This document shows positions 8,286-16,446 of a stretch of 25,697 nucleotides of DNA, piece by piece. How positions within the stretch are numbered: the first letter of the stretch is position 1; every line of letters starts with the position of its first letter. Source of the DNA: a virus (Duplodnaviria > Caudoviricetes); the IMG/VR virus record IMGVR_UViG_3300049492_000098, positions 1 through 25,697 of that record; one strand, given 5' to 3'. The notes under the pieces are model-generated. The model worked only from the letters and a program-made list of their open reading frames with translations. It was not told where the DNA came from and did no database searches. Both the position numbers and the translations under genes were made by a program.

Positions 8286-9684
8286 CCACCCCTCCTATGA
8301 CTACCCTTTCTTCGTCAATTTCCTTTATCAGTTCCTCTATCTCATCCTCTTTGAGCTCACTATGGAGGACGGCCATGGCTTTTTTCTTGGAGGTCAATCC
8401 CGCCTGGACCTCTGTATCAAGGTCCCGCACAAGATCGCCTCTGGATTGCATAGGGACCGGACGTGTGAAGCGAGTCACTACTCTGGCATTAGGGCTGAAC
8501 AGGTCTTGCATCTCAATCACGTTTGCAGCCACCCACTTTGGATGGATATCGGTGAGCAATTTGTTCCAGAATTCAGCCTCGAAGTCCTGATAGATAATGA
8601 TTTGCTTTTTGATCGACTCATACGTATCTGACTCGTCGATCATTTTGCTAATACCCGATGCAAGCTTATCGGCACCGATTTCCCCAATTTGCCCAGGCCT
8701 GATACCTTTGCTCGACAACCATAGACTCATTTGGGAACTGGCCAGGGACAAGGTCTCACTGATATCGACCGTTGGCTTGACCACGTCAAAGCTGGCAGCA
8801 TGTTCGGCACCGGGCTTGGTATAAAGCTTCATGATTGAGTTAGGCGACAGCTTGATTGCCGTGTCATCCATATCAATCCCGACAAACACCGAGAAGGCCT
8901 GGAATTTGACGGCATAGTTAAGGTCGGTGAGGAGTAAGGGAATGAGGACCGCCATGTCTTTGTTATCAGTCTGGATCGAAGGCATCGGACAATCCTGGGA
9001 ACCGTTGGAATAGGCGAAGGGAGTCACGCCATAGACGTTTTCCCCGTCCATTTCCTTTTCACTCATCAGGTCCGGAAGGATTTCCCCGCCTTGATTGATG
9101 ATCACGAATTGCTCGTTCGTATAAATATAATAAATATATTCGGTCGATGCGTTCTTCTGTCTTTTGCCCATCGACACGATGACGACATCCGGCACAGTTG
9201 GATCTGTCCGCGAGACATTCATGACTAAAAACTGATGATTCGGTATCGTCCGGACGAAAGGAGTTTTATAGATAGAGCCCGGCTTTGGATCACTCAATCC
9301 GATTTGCAGCAAGGCATATAGAAAGGCGTTATAGTTCTCATTGTTCTTGGAAAACTTCCGATTGATCTTGAGTGTTTCCTCATACCACTCCAAAATCTCT
9401 TTATCCTTTTCGGTGCCGTTCTCGACCGTTCTGATGACCGGGTTGTCATAGATCTTGGTCTGCTTGTCGACAATCTTTCGGAAAATGTTAATCGGTGCGG
9501 TGCGGGTTGAGGCTGAGTTGGTTGACTCAAAGCCAAGGTCTTCTTTCATGCGCGCGATGAGAAGGGATTTTAGATTCCCCTCCATGATTGTGAAAATCTC
9601 TTCGTTATATTCCAGCCGAGGCTCGTTATCCCGGATGAATTGAGCGATATTTTTTCTGGCCTGGTCATCAAAGAGATTGATCAT
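8254..9684 (-). CDS. Portal protein (476 aa)
   Basis: Directly after TerL; INIFRKIVDK motif, YGVTPF, C-terminal GLTSKKKAM...EELIKEI as in SPP1-like portals. ATG 9684 overlaps the TerL stop (ATGA). Confidence 0.88.
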   Translation of the reverse strand: MINLFDDQARKNIAQFIRDNEPRLEYNEEIFTIMEGNLKSLLIARMKEDLGFESTNSASTRTAPINIFRKIVDKQTKIYDNPVIRTVENGTEKDKEILEWYEETLKINRKFSKNNENYNAFLYALLQIGLSDPKPGSIYKTPFVRTIPNHQFLVMNVSRTDPTVPDVVIVSMGKRQKNASTEYIYYIYTNEQFVIINQGGEILPDLMSEKEMDGENVYGVTPFAYSNGSQDCPMPSIQTDNKDMAVLIPLLLTDLNYAVKFQAFSVFVGIDMDDTAIKLSPNSIMKLYTKPGAEHAASFDVVKPTVDISETLSLASSQMSLWLSSKGIRPGQIGEIGADKLASGISKMIDESDTYESIKKQIIIYQDFEAEFWNKLLTDIHPKWVAANVIEMQDLFSPNARVVTRFTRPVPMQSRGDLVRDLDTEVQAGLTSKKKAMAVLHSELKEDEIEELIKEIDEERVVIGGVDEQQTDQISP

Positions 9685-11081
9685 AAATGTTGCACCTTGT
9701 TTTGATTGCTGGTGTTCGCGTTGTCCTTGCAGAAGCAAACACCGTAGCCAAGGGCAGTGGTGATATGCTGATAGCGCTTGCTGTCGTCCTCGATCGCGGT
9801 CCCAGGCTTTTTCTTGGCCAGCTTCATACCCTGGTTCAGCACCGGGCATCCCGCATAAACGAAAATCTTGGTTTCCAGCTTAGCATTTTGGCACAGTGCA
9901 TTGACGGTTGTCCAGCGCTTCACAAGTGCCGGGTTGGAGCGGGGAACTTCGAGCCTCAAATTCAGGCCACGTTGGGCGAACCACTCTTCGATAAGATCAT
10001 AGTTGGACCTGAGACTATTGGAGCTCCTTGCCCGTCCTGAAGCGTCCCCATGAACAACGAACTTTGACCACTTATAAACGTTCTGGTCCTTGTCCTTCCA
10101 GTCAAAAAGTCCCTTTGCATCAAAATCATCCAAATTATCAATGCACCACTTGGCAACATCGATGACCGATTCCCCGAAGAAATGGAATGTGCCGTCCTTT
10201 CTGAATTGGAAAAGGCAGGCCGATTGCGGCTTCCCATCGGCTGTGTTGAAGTCGAATGCGATCCGGAGGGGAACTGTTGGATCGGGCTCGAACTGTTCTT
10301 TCAGAAAGTTCCGCTCCTCGGCATATGCGTGATAGATGCCCATACCGGAAATCGATATCCATCGCCCTTTGAGATAGCGCTCAGCTTCCAGAGGGGAATA
10401 ATCCTGAAGCAATTGGTCGATATAGATTGGATCAAGGTAAATGTTATCGGTCGTGACTGAGTAGAAAACAAAGCGGGAAGGATATTGCTCAGAGCCTTCG
10501 ATGAAATATTTGTAGCAAAAATTATCGGGTTCATCGGGGTTGGTAGCACCGATCAAAATATTCTGCGTCACGGTAGGGATACGGCGTAGGCGCGCTTTGA
10601 GAATCTTGAACCCAGGCTCAAACTCATCGTCGTTCTCGGTGAATTCCTCGATAATGATCATGCTCAGTTTCAGGGACCGGAACTTAGCCCACCGACCGTC
10701 ACCCCAGGTCACAGCCTGGATCACCGAACCATTGCTGAAACGAATCTCAGCGGTCTGACTCAGGGCTTTATAATGTTCCCCCTCGATCATCGACTCTTCA
10801 AGGTGCTCCAAGATTTCCCGGAAAAGGGTTTTCTTAAGATCAGCTAGTGAGCGCCGTCCGATCGCAACGTAGGCACCGGGAAACTGGATGCAGTGGACAA
10901 TGGCAATATGGGCTAGCAGAATCGATTTGGCCGACCCTACTGAGCCAGAAAGTAGTATCTCGGGTGTGAATAGAGCATAATTATGGTTGTTGATAAGTCT
11001 CAGAACATCGCACTGATATCCGAATGGAATGAACCCCGATAAGTTGGGCTTGGAGCGGGTTTCAGACTGACTTTGGATCAT
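9681..11081 (-). CDS. terL: Terminase large subunit (466 aa)
   Basis: Walker A GSVGSAKS, Walker B IIIEE, coupling motif ATNP, TTDNIYL, RNase H-like AFDFN and GDASG. Confidence 0.95.
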   Translation of the reverse strand: MIQSQSETRSKPNLSGFIPFGYQCDVLRLINNHNYALFTPEILLSGSVGSAKSILLAHIAIVHCIQFPGAYVAIGRRSLADLKKTLFREILEHLEESMIEGEHYKALSQTAEIRFSNGSVIQAVTWGDGRWAKFRSLKLSMIIIEEFTENDDEFEPGFKILKARLRRIPTVTQNILIGATNPDEPDNFCYKYFIEGSEQYPSRFVFYSVTTDNIYLDPIYIDQLLQDYSPLEAERYLKGRWISISGMGIYHAYAEERNFLKEQFEPDPTVPLRIAFDFNTADGKPQSACLFQFRKDGTFHFFGESVIDVAKWCIDNLDDFDAKGLFDWKDKDQNVYKWSKFVVHGDASGRARSSNSLRSNYDLIEEWFAQRGLNLRLEVPRSNPALVKRWTTVNALCQNAKLETKIFVYAGCPVLNQGMKLAKKKPGTAIEDDSKRYQHITTALGYGVCFCKDNANTSNQNKVQHL

Positions 11082-11481
11082 AGGCCAGCCGAATCATGTT
11101 TTTCTGTTCTTCGATGGGAGGCACGACCTGAACGTTGTCTGACCAATTACAGAGGTTTTTCAGGCAGAAAATTAGCATGGGAACATTGCCTGAAAGAGCC
11201 ATGTTTACAGCCTTTCCCTTCAGAGCGGACTTTAGGCGATCTTTCTGTTTTTCTCTATAGTCGGTAAAGTTGTCGTATCCGTAATGACTCAGAAGCATAT
11301 TCTCAAGGGAGGCTTGACACGGCACGCGCTTGAAAGGTGATCTATCGGTTGAGGCCACGCGATAGAGCTCTATTTTAACGTGCTCCCACGTTGCTCCGAC
11401 TGATAGAAGAACATCGATGAGCGGCACGATAGCGGCTTTTTCTTCATCGGAATAATTTTGCTCACCTTTGGCTAGTGCCAT
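11062..11481 (-). CDS. terS: Terminase small subunit (139 aa)
   Basis: Overlaps the terL start; ALSGNVPMLIFCLKN..W.D oligomerisation motif. Confidence 0.75.
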   Translation of the reverse strand: MALAKGEQNYSDEEKAAIVPLIDVLLSVGATWEHVKIELYRVASTDRSPFKRVPCQASLENMLLSHYGYDNFTDYREKQKDRLKSALKGKAVNMALSGNVPMLIFCLKNLCNWSDNVQVVPPIEEQKNMIRLAYDPKSV

Positions 11482-11589
11482 TCATCTACTCGCTAATTGC
11501 CAAATGATTGTTAGAAATACGCCGGATAGAATCACAACGGTGATCATGAATCCGATCTTTTCGTCGTCGTCTTTGAATGGGTCGTTCAT
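11482..11589 (-). CDS. 35-aa single-pass membrane protein
   Basis: Below track cutoff: MNDPFKDDDEKIGFMITVVILSGVFLTIIWQLASR. Start overlaps the upstream stop (ATGA); stop abuts the terS ATG. Confidence 0.65.
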   Translation of the reverse strand: MNDPFKDDDEKIGFMITVVILSGVFLTIIWQLASR

Positions 11590-11786
11590 TCATACAACTC
11601 GAAAATTTCTGACTCTTCCCCCAGTGTAGCCACAAGCTTCCTTAGTCTGAAGTGAGTCCCTTCAGTGGTATCATACAATGCACTAACAAATTCCGCGTGA
11701 TGATCCATGATAAACCTATGCTTTTTTTCCAGTTCCTTGAGCTCACTGAGGAAAGATTCTATCCTGGCTTCAAGGTCGCTCATCAT
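11586..11786 (-). CDS. Hypothetical protein (66 aa)
   Basis: ATGA-coupled on both sides, GGGG SD. Confidence 0.65.
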   Translation of the reverse strand: MMSDLEARIESFLSELKELEKKHRFIMDHHAEFVSALYDTTEGTHFRLRKLVATLGEESEIFELYE

Positions 11787-12043
11787 TCCCCAATCGAATT
11801 TAAAAAGACTGTGAAACGGTCCACAAGTCCGGGTCCATTGGGCTCGGGTATCATGGGCTGAAGCGGAACCACAGCACCGTTGCTACAAACACAAGCCGAG
11901 TTGGAAACGGAAGCAAGATTATCCTTCCTTCCACACTTGTTCCAACACCAGACCCATGTCGATTTAAGGATGACAACCTCCGGTCTCTCAACTGTGCTGC
12001 ACGCTGTCATGAGAACCGATAGGATGCTGATAATTGTCTTCAT
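11783..12043 (-). CDS. Cys-rich lipoprotein (86 aa)
   Basis: MKTIISILSVLMTA-C lipobox; CWNKC and CVC motifs; GGAG SD. Confidence 0.65.
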   Translation of the reverse strand: MKTIISILSVLMTACSTVERPEVVILKSTWVWCWNKCGRKDNLASVSNSACVCSNGAVVPLQPMIPEPNGPGLVDRFTVFLNSIGE

Positions 12044-12395
12044 CGTCTCCCTGCTTCAGTAGAGTTCCAGCAATGGCTTGGAAAATATAATCCTTGGCAC
12101 GCTGAGCAGTGGGTAGTTCATCATAGGATACCATGCATGGGTGACGTTTTCCAATCGGGTCCTTTGTTTCGCCATATACCCAGCCTTGGTTCTGTTTTTC
12201 CATAAGCCATGAATCATGAGAATCGGCTGGGGTTGAATCGGGCTTTGCTTGTTTGAACATCACGCCTTTGATCGCTGATTCACGTTGACAGTCAGGTGCA
12301 TCATCCCAGCTGGGCTGACTATCGTCATTAATAGACTGACAATACGCCCGGTTGGCTTCATGACAAACTTCAGCAATTTTTGCGTAATTTTTCAT
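11988..12395 (-). CDS. Stand-alone RyR-domain protein
   Basis: HDSWL..K...GWVYGETKD...KRHPCMVSYDELP..QRAKD is the RyR repeat signature. ATG 12395 has a GAGG SD. Confidence 0.88.
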   Translation of the reverse strand: MKNYAKIAEVCHEANRAYCQSINDDSQPSWDDAPDCQRESAIKGVMFKQAKPDSTPADSHDSWLMEKQNQGWVYGETKDPIGKRHPCMVSYDELPTAQRAKDYIFQAIAGTLLKQGDDEDNYQHPIGSHDSVQHS

Positions 12396-12427
12396 CGGTG
12401 GAACCTCGGTTTGGGTAATTTTCAATG

Positions 12428-12457
12428 AACCTAACACTTTGGCCGATTGATGCTCAA
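12428..12457 (-). promoter_or_regulatory. Possible promoter for the RyR-terminase operon (TTGAGC-18bp-TAGGTT, TG extension)
   Basis: Partial consensus match in the divergent intergenic gap. Confidence 0.3.
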
Positions 12458-12540
12458 GTCATTTATTACAGAAATAAAGATTTATGTTTGTTGTGAACTA
12501 TCCGATAAGGGATATGTAAGCAACGCAAGGAGGTTAGAAA

Positions 12541-12954
12541 ATGAAGACCATAATCGCAGTTCTTATCCTGACAGCAGTCACCGCTTGCGGAATGGAGACC
12601 AAAGAAGAACCCATTACCCAATCCTTACCCGAGGTCTCAGTGGAAAAGCCTGACTTCGATGACTGGTATTCAATGAATTCTGCAACGGACGATTGCAGCG
12701 TTGTCGGTATCAATGAAGAAATGCATTGTTCTACCCGATTCATGGCCGGTGAGAACGACAATTGCCCCCTCGCTGTTTTCAAGTTCGTCGCTGTAAAAGA
12801 CGGCTATATGTTTGTTCAAACCAAGAAAGACGTGATCATCCGGCAAGGGGAATTCCACAACCTCGACTGGCAGGAAAAGCCTGAAGTCTATCGTGTTGAC
12901 GACAAGGATAACGAGGCATATCGCCATTATTTTTACTGTGTGGAGCAAAATTGA
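12541..12954 (+). CDS. Lipoprotein (137 aa)
   Basis: AGGAGG SD; MKTIIAVLILTAVTA-C lipobox; four further Cys. Confidence 0.8.
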   Translation: MKTIIAVLILTAVTACGMETKEEPITQSLPEVSVEKPDFDDWYSMNSATDDCSVVGINEEMHCSTRFMAGENDNCPLAVFKFVAVKDGYMFVQTKKDVIIRQGEFHNLDWQEKPEVYRVDDKDNEAYRHYFYCVEQN

Positions 12955-13152
12955 ATGAAAAAGAAAAAGTCCAAAGGCGGTCGTCCGAGAAAGATTAAAG
13001 ACGCCTATCGCGCAACATGGAACGTCTCAGGTGAGGATGCGGTCTGGGTCCATGAACAGGCTGAGACGAGAGGGATAACAGAGTCGGAGTTTATCAGAGA
13101 CCTTCTCTATACGGCAAGGAACTATAGCTATGCTTATACCAAAGCAGTTTGA
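12955..13152 (+). CDS. Ribbon-helix-helix (CopG-like) DNA-binding protein (65 aa)
   Basis: Basic GGRPRK arm, then strand and A...GITESEFIRDLL helix pattern. Confidence 0.75.
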   Translation: MKKKKSKGGRPRKIKDAYRATWNVSGEDAVWVHEQAETRGITESEFIRDLLYTARNYSYAYTKAV

Positions 13153-13242
13153 CAGCAAGGAATCCGACCGTGCCACGTTCCTTTTCTTCACCTGCCTTAC
13201 GGTCATACATATCGGGACGACTATCTATTTTTGCATCAAATG

Positions 13243-13270
13243 AAAAAACCCAGCTGGCAAGCGGCTGGGT
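13243..13270 (-). terminator. Intrinsic terminator after the 13306 gene
   Basis: ACCCAGC...GCTGGGT stem with a U6 run on the minus strand. Confidence 0.75.
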
Positions 13271-13305
13271 CGAAACTTACCAATTGTGAAAGTATGGATC
13301 AGTGT

Positions 13306-13617
13306 TTATCTCTTTTTGAGTTCCTCAATGCTATCGATATTTCCAAATGAGTTGACTTCCATGAGTTTCGCTAGGATTTGATGAATACTCATTCTCTTCT
13401 CAAGATCATCATCCTGATGACATATCGTATTCAGGATATAGCCTAAAACGCATTCCACCGGTTCATTGCCAAACACCGCTTCGGGCACGTCTTTACGCAT
13501 GCTCACGTCATGAAAGATATCCTCATAGGACAAACCGGCGGCGGCGTAGGATATGCAGTCAATAGCCAAAAAGACCAGCGCGCCGTCCATAGTAAATGAC
13601 TGTTCTGTTCTCTTCAT
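13306..13617 (-). CDS. Hypothetical protein (103 aa)
   Basis: ATGA-coupled to the upstream gene; followed by a terminator. Confidence 0.65.
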   Translation of the reverse strand: MKRTEQSFTMDGALVFLAIDCISYAAAGLSYEDIFHDVSMRKDVPEAVFGNEPVECVLGYILNTICHQDDDLEKRMSIHQILAKLMEVNSFGNIDSIEELKKR

Positions 13618-14021
13618 TTCCCTTTTCCCGCCGAAACTTCAATTTCAACTTTTACAGTGGTCGTCTCAGAGCCGTCTGCATTCTTGGTATGCGTTCCGCT
13701 AGCCTTGACACTAGCCTTTCCAGAGACCGATCCAGTCGCACCGCCGATGACAGCACCTACGTCAACTGCCCACTGGCTGGGCTTTGGTCTCTCATAGACT
13801 GTGGTAGCTGCACCGCCTTTCATGATCACAAGAGGGACTTCCGTTCTGTCCACCGTCACGCATTCCGATTCAATACAGAATTCGATGACCTTGTCTGCAA
13901 ATTGCGGATCAGTCATCAGGACGGTTTCAACATCGTACAGCTGATCCAGAACACTTTTCGGCTCAGCACTGAGGATGCCTGCCAGAATCATGCTTGGGAT
14001 GATCGCGAGAGTTCTTTTCAT
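13614..14021 (-). CDS. Putative exported protein (135 aa)
   Basis: Signal-peptide-like MKRTLAIIPSMILAGILSA; Gly/Ser/Thr-rich beta C-half. Confidence 0.65.
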   Translation of the reverse strand: MKRTLAIIPSMILAGILSAEPKSVLDQLYDVETVLMTDPQFADKVIEFCIESECVTVDRTEVPLVIMKGGAATTVYERPKPSQWAVDVGAVIGGATGSVSGKASVKASGTHTKNADGSETTTVKVEIEVSAGKGK

Positions 14022-14722
14022 TTTATTCCTTTCAAAAGTTCCAAAAGTTTATCTGCAATTCTCCGACATACTTTTTGTGAGGAGACGTAGGCGACGGCGT
14101 AGGCGGCGTAGGCGGCGTTGGTGGCGTAGGCGGCGTATGCGGCGTTGGCGGCGGCGTTGGCGTTGGCGGCGGCGTTGGCGGCGGCGTTGGCGTTGGCGGC
14201 GGCGTTGGCGGCGGCGTTGGCGTTGGCGGCGGCGTGGGCGGCGGCGTTGGCGTTGGCGGCGGCGTGGGCGGCGGCATTCCAAAATTTACTTTTATCTGTT
14301 TCCGCGCTCTGCCACAGTCCGATTACATCATGGATAACTTTTTTGCAGTCTGGATATTTCTCATGATCAAACTGTTCCAGTGCGACATGCAGAACAAAAA
14401 TCAGAAAGGGTCCAAGGATGACATTAAGATCTTTCCCAGGCTCAATGGCACTAAGAAATTCCGCTGGCCATAGTTTAGAATCCTCAACTGACATGCCTTC
14501 GAAAAGCTTATCTTCAACATACGCGAGCCATTCTGGAATCCCGAGTTCAATTTCATAGGCATAGTGATTATACCTTTCCAAAGTACATCCCACAGCACAG
14601 CCACGCTTTCCATTCCATCCGGTTCCCTGAATGATTCGGTCAGCTGCTGCGTGAACACGCACACGAGATAGATATTTTTCTTTCACTGCTGGATCAGAAT
14701 GAAATGAGAGTAATGCAGTCAT
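14018..14722 (-). CDS. Phage protein with GCAVGC motif and Ala-rich repeat insert (234 aa)
   Basis: Globular-looking N-part (GCAVGCTL, ELGIPEWLA, FEG), (AAANANAAA[H/N])n tract, short C-terminal helix. Confidence 0.75.
   Translation of the reverse strand: MTALLSFHSDPAVKEKYLSRVRVHAAADRIIQGTGWNGKRGCAVGCTLERYNHYAYEIELGIPEWLAYVEDKLFEGMSVEDSKLWPAEFLSAIEPGKDLNVILGPFLIFVLHVALEQFDHEKYPDCKKVIHDVIGLWQSAETDKSKFWNAAAHAAANANAAAHAAANANAAANAAANANAAANAAANANAAANAAYAAYATNAAYAAYAVAYVSSQKVCRRIADKLLELLKGIK
14086..14275. repeat. GC-rich tandem repeat of GCC/NAC codons with 30-bp period
   Basis: CGTTGGCGGCGGCGTTGGCGGCGGCGTTGG exact at 14161-14190 and 14191-14220, one-base variant at 14221-14250 and partial 14251-14275, degenerating to about 9-bp units leftward. 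Confidence 0.95.
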
Positions 14723-14826
14723 TTATCAATCCTAAATGTTGAAAGAAGCAGTCCCCGCAGCATGTTTTCGACATTGCAATGAGGACATACAAACGTCTCC
14801 TCAGTCACCACGTAATATCGAGTCAC
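14719..14826 (-). CDS. 35-aa protein with CPHC motif
   Basis: Below track cutoff: MTRYYVVTEETFVCPHCNVENMLRGLLLSTFRIDK. GTGA and ATGA overlaps on both sides, GAGG SD. Confidence 0.55.
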   Translation of the reverse strand: MTRYYVVTEETFVCPHCNVENMLRGLLLSTFRIDK

Positions 14827-15344
14827 ACCCCCACCTCATACCAAACCATAAGTGAGCCTATAACTTTTTTCTGTTCCATCGGATTGAGCGGATCAAGTAT
14901 CGCCATATTTTGCGATAGGGCTCTAGCTGCAGCATCATCGACTCTCACCTTCGAATATCTGTGGTGGCTGACAAAAGGCCGGAGAACTGGCTCAGGCTCC
15001 TTCTCTTCTGGTTCCTCGACCGGAATTGCCCGATCGAGCTCCAAGGGCTCAGAATCCAAATCTGTGAGTTTTAGGACCGCTTTGCTTTTGGTCGAGCGTT
15101 CCAGGGCTTTGGTAATGCATGGAGGTATCAGGTTGACGCGGAGAAAGGCTTCAGCCAGGCGCTCAATGCAGTCCCAGTCCTCACCCATAGTCAGCCGCTG
15201 CACATAAGGCGCAAGATCGGCGGTCTTATACCCCGCCTTATCCAAGACCTGGGTGATTTGCTTGACCGAGGAGTTTTCTGCAATCAATGCACATACCCCT
15301 GCCTCAATGTCTGCGATAAATTCCAATTGACCCTTGGTAGCCAT
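14823..15344 (-). CDS. Hypothetical protein (173 aa)
   Basis: AAGGA SD; first gene of a translationally coupled run. Confidence 0.7.
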   Translation of the reverse strand: MATKGQLEFIADIEAGVCALIAENSSVKQITQVLDKAGYKTADLAPYVQRLTMGEDWDCIERLAEAFLRVNLIPPCITKALERSTKSKAVLKLTDLDSEPLELDRAIPVEEPEEKEPEPVLRPFVSHHRYSKVRVDDAAARALSQNMAILDPLNPMEQKKVIGSLMVWYEVGV

Positions 15345-15445
15345 TATTTCTCATCCTTTTGGAAAAAGGCGGAGCACCGTGTATTTTCGCACGGCATTCC
15401 GGGACTTATAATTTGCGTATAGAAAACGTTCTATTCAAGGGAGGG

Positions 15446-15474
15446 AATTTAGAATCAGACGAGGGAAAATACAA
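15446..15474 (-). promoter_or_regulatory. Sigma70-like promoter TTGTAT-17bp-TAAATT
   Basis: Good spacing; palindrome ATAGAA-N4-TTCTAT (15419-15434) just downstream could be an operator. Confidence 0.45.
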
Positions 15475-15498
15475 GAGCCCTTTACTGGGAAAGGGCTC
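15465..15498 (-). terminator. Intrinsic terminator after the 15540 gene
   Basis: Perfect 9-bp stem GAGCCCTTT/AAAGGGCTC (15475-15498), then TTGTATTTT on the minus strand. Confidence 0.7.
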
Positions 15499-15539
15499 AG
15501 GGACCATAAAATGAACAGATCTTAGCGGTCGAGCTCACC

Positions 15540-15986
15540 TTATTCGTCGCGCGGGGAAATAGCAATACCCTCGAATTGATCGAATAACCGCTCGAGATAG
15601 GTGAACATATCGCAGTTGACGATAAGCCTGCCTCGAAGGTCTCCAAGGCTCAAGGCAAAGTGCTGGAACCTTCGGACATATCCAAAGTTCTTGTTTTTCA
15701 AGAATGCTTCAGCTGCCTCATTGGCTGTCTGCCAGGAGTAGGAACCCTTCTCGGTTTTTTTATACAGCGGCTCGAGAGCCACGGCCAGGCGCACGGCATC
15801 AGCCTTTCTCAAAGCGGAATCCTCATTTGAAGGCGCTCTGCCCATAGGGCTCTGCCTGGAACGTGGCCGACCTTTAACCAAATCCTCGTCGTCGTCATTT
15901 GAGGTTGGAGGGATTTTCTTTTCCAAAAGGGCGCGTATAAGACGGAGCTCGGATAGCACCGAGGTCTGGAATTCATCCGGGTTCAT
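15540..15986 (-). CDS. Hypothetical protein (148 aa)
   Basis: GAGGAG SD before ATG 15986 (track used an upstream TTG). Confidence 0.7.
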   Translation of the reverse strand: MNPDEFQTSVLSELRLIRALLEKKIPPTSNDDDEDLVKGRPRSRQSPMGRAPSNEDSALRKADAVRLAVALEPLYKKTEKGSYSWQTANEAAEAFLKNKNFGYVRRFQHFALSLGDLRGRLIVNCDMFTYLERLFDQFEGIAISPRDE

Positions 15987-16255
15987 GTTTTCTCCTCGTT
16001 CCAAGCGGGTTTATAAATTCCCCCGGGTTTTTGCAAACCAATTCGAAACCAGCCAACGGCCAATTTATAGCAAGCTGGAGGACGCAGTCCGTAAGCGCGG
16101 TAGCCTACACGACACCATGAGTGAAGTTGAATCGGGATCGGTGCCGATATCTTATCTTTCTTCCCTTTCCTGGCTTTTGTGCTTCGAGATAAAACGGGAA
16201 CCTGAAGATATCTAAGAAGACGGCGATAAAAAGATAATGATTACAGTCCTAAAAA

Positions 16256-16315
16256 TTTCCAAACAGGCAATTTCTGCCCGTTTGCCTTTCCAAACAGGCA
16301 ATTTCTGCCCGTTTG
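16256..16315. repeat. Two identical 29-bp direct repeats, each an imperfect palindrome (iteron/operator-like)
   Basis: TTTCCAAACAGGCAATTTCTGCCCGTTTG at 16256-16284 and 16287-16315; arms CAAACAGGCA / TGCCCGTTTG differ by one mismatch around a 5-bp spacer. Confidence 0.9.
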
Positions 16316-16340
16316 TCCGTAACTAATTGACGCAAATAGG

Positions 16341-16408
16341 CCAAAAAAAAGACCGACTTCTAAAAAGTCGATCTCTTTGGTTGATTTTTCTCTATGAGTA
16401 TCGATAAT
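16341..16408 (+). promoter_or_regulatory. Inverted repeat (16341-16380) and promoter TTGATT-16bp-GATAAT before the winged-helix gene
   Basis: CGACTT/AAGTCG core with CCAAA/TTTGG flanks; -35 at 16381, -10 at 16403. Confidence 0.4.
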
Positions 16409-16446
16409 CAACACTTCAATTAAAACCTATCAAAGGCATACCTACC

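Noticed and set aside
9685-9849. N-terminal extension of the portal in the ORF track
   Set aside because: Lies inside terL; ATG 9684 with ATGA coupling is the better start.
92-11861. Plus-strand ORFs across the morphogenesis operon, such as 1965-2729
   Set aside because: Antisense to well-supported genes with no recognisable motifs.
14086-14275. DGR variable region (AAC to CAC/TAC looks like adenine mutagenesis)
   Set aside because: No reverse transcriptase or separate template in the window, the second A never varies, and variants are copied in tandem as expected from slippage.
13975-14473. Poly-Arg, Pro-Thr, Ala-Leu and Gly-Val ORFs in other frames
   Set aside because: Shadows of the stop-poor GC repeat; only the 234-aa frame is coupled to both neighbours.
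15985-16215. 76-aa plus ORF, or a minus ORF through the 29-bp repeats
   Set aside because: No SD or motif for the plus ORF; the minus frame I traced through the repeats hits stops, so treated as non-coding.
16256-16315. CRISPR mini-array
   Set aside because: Only two repeats separated by 2 bp; no spacer and no cas genes.
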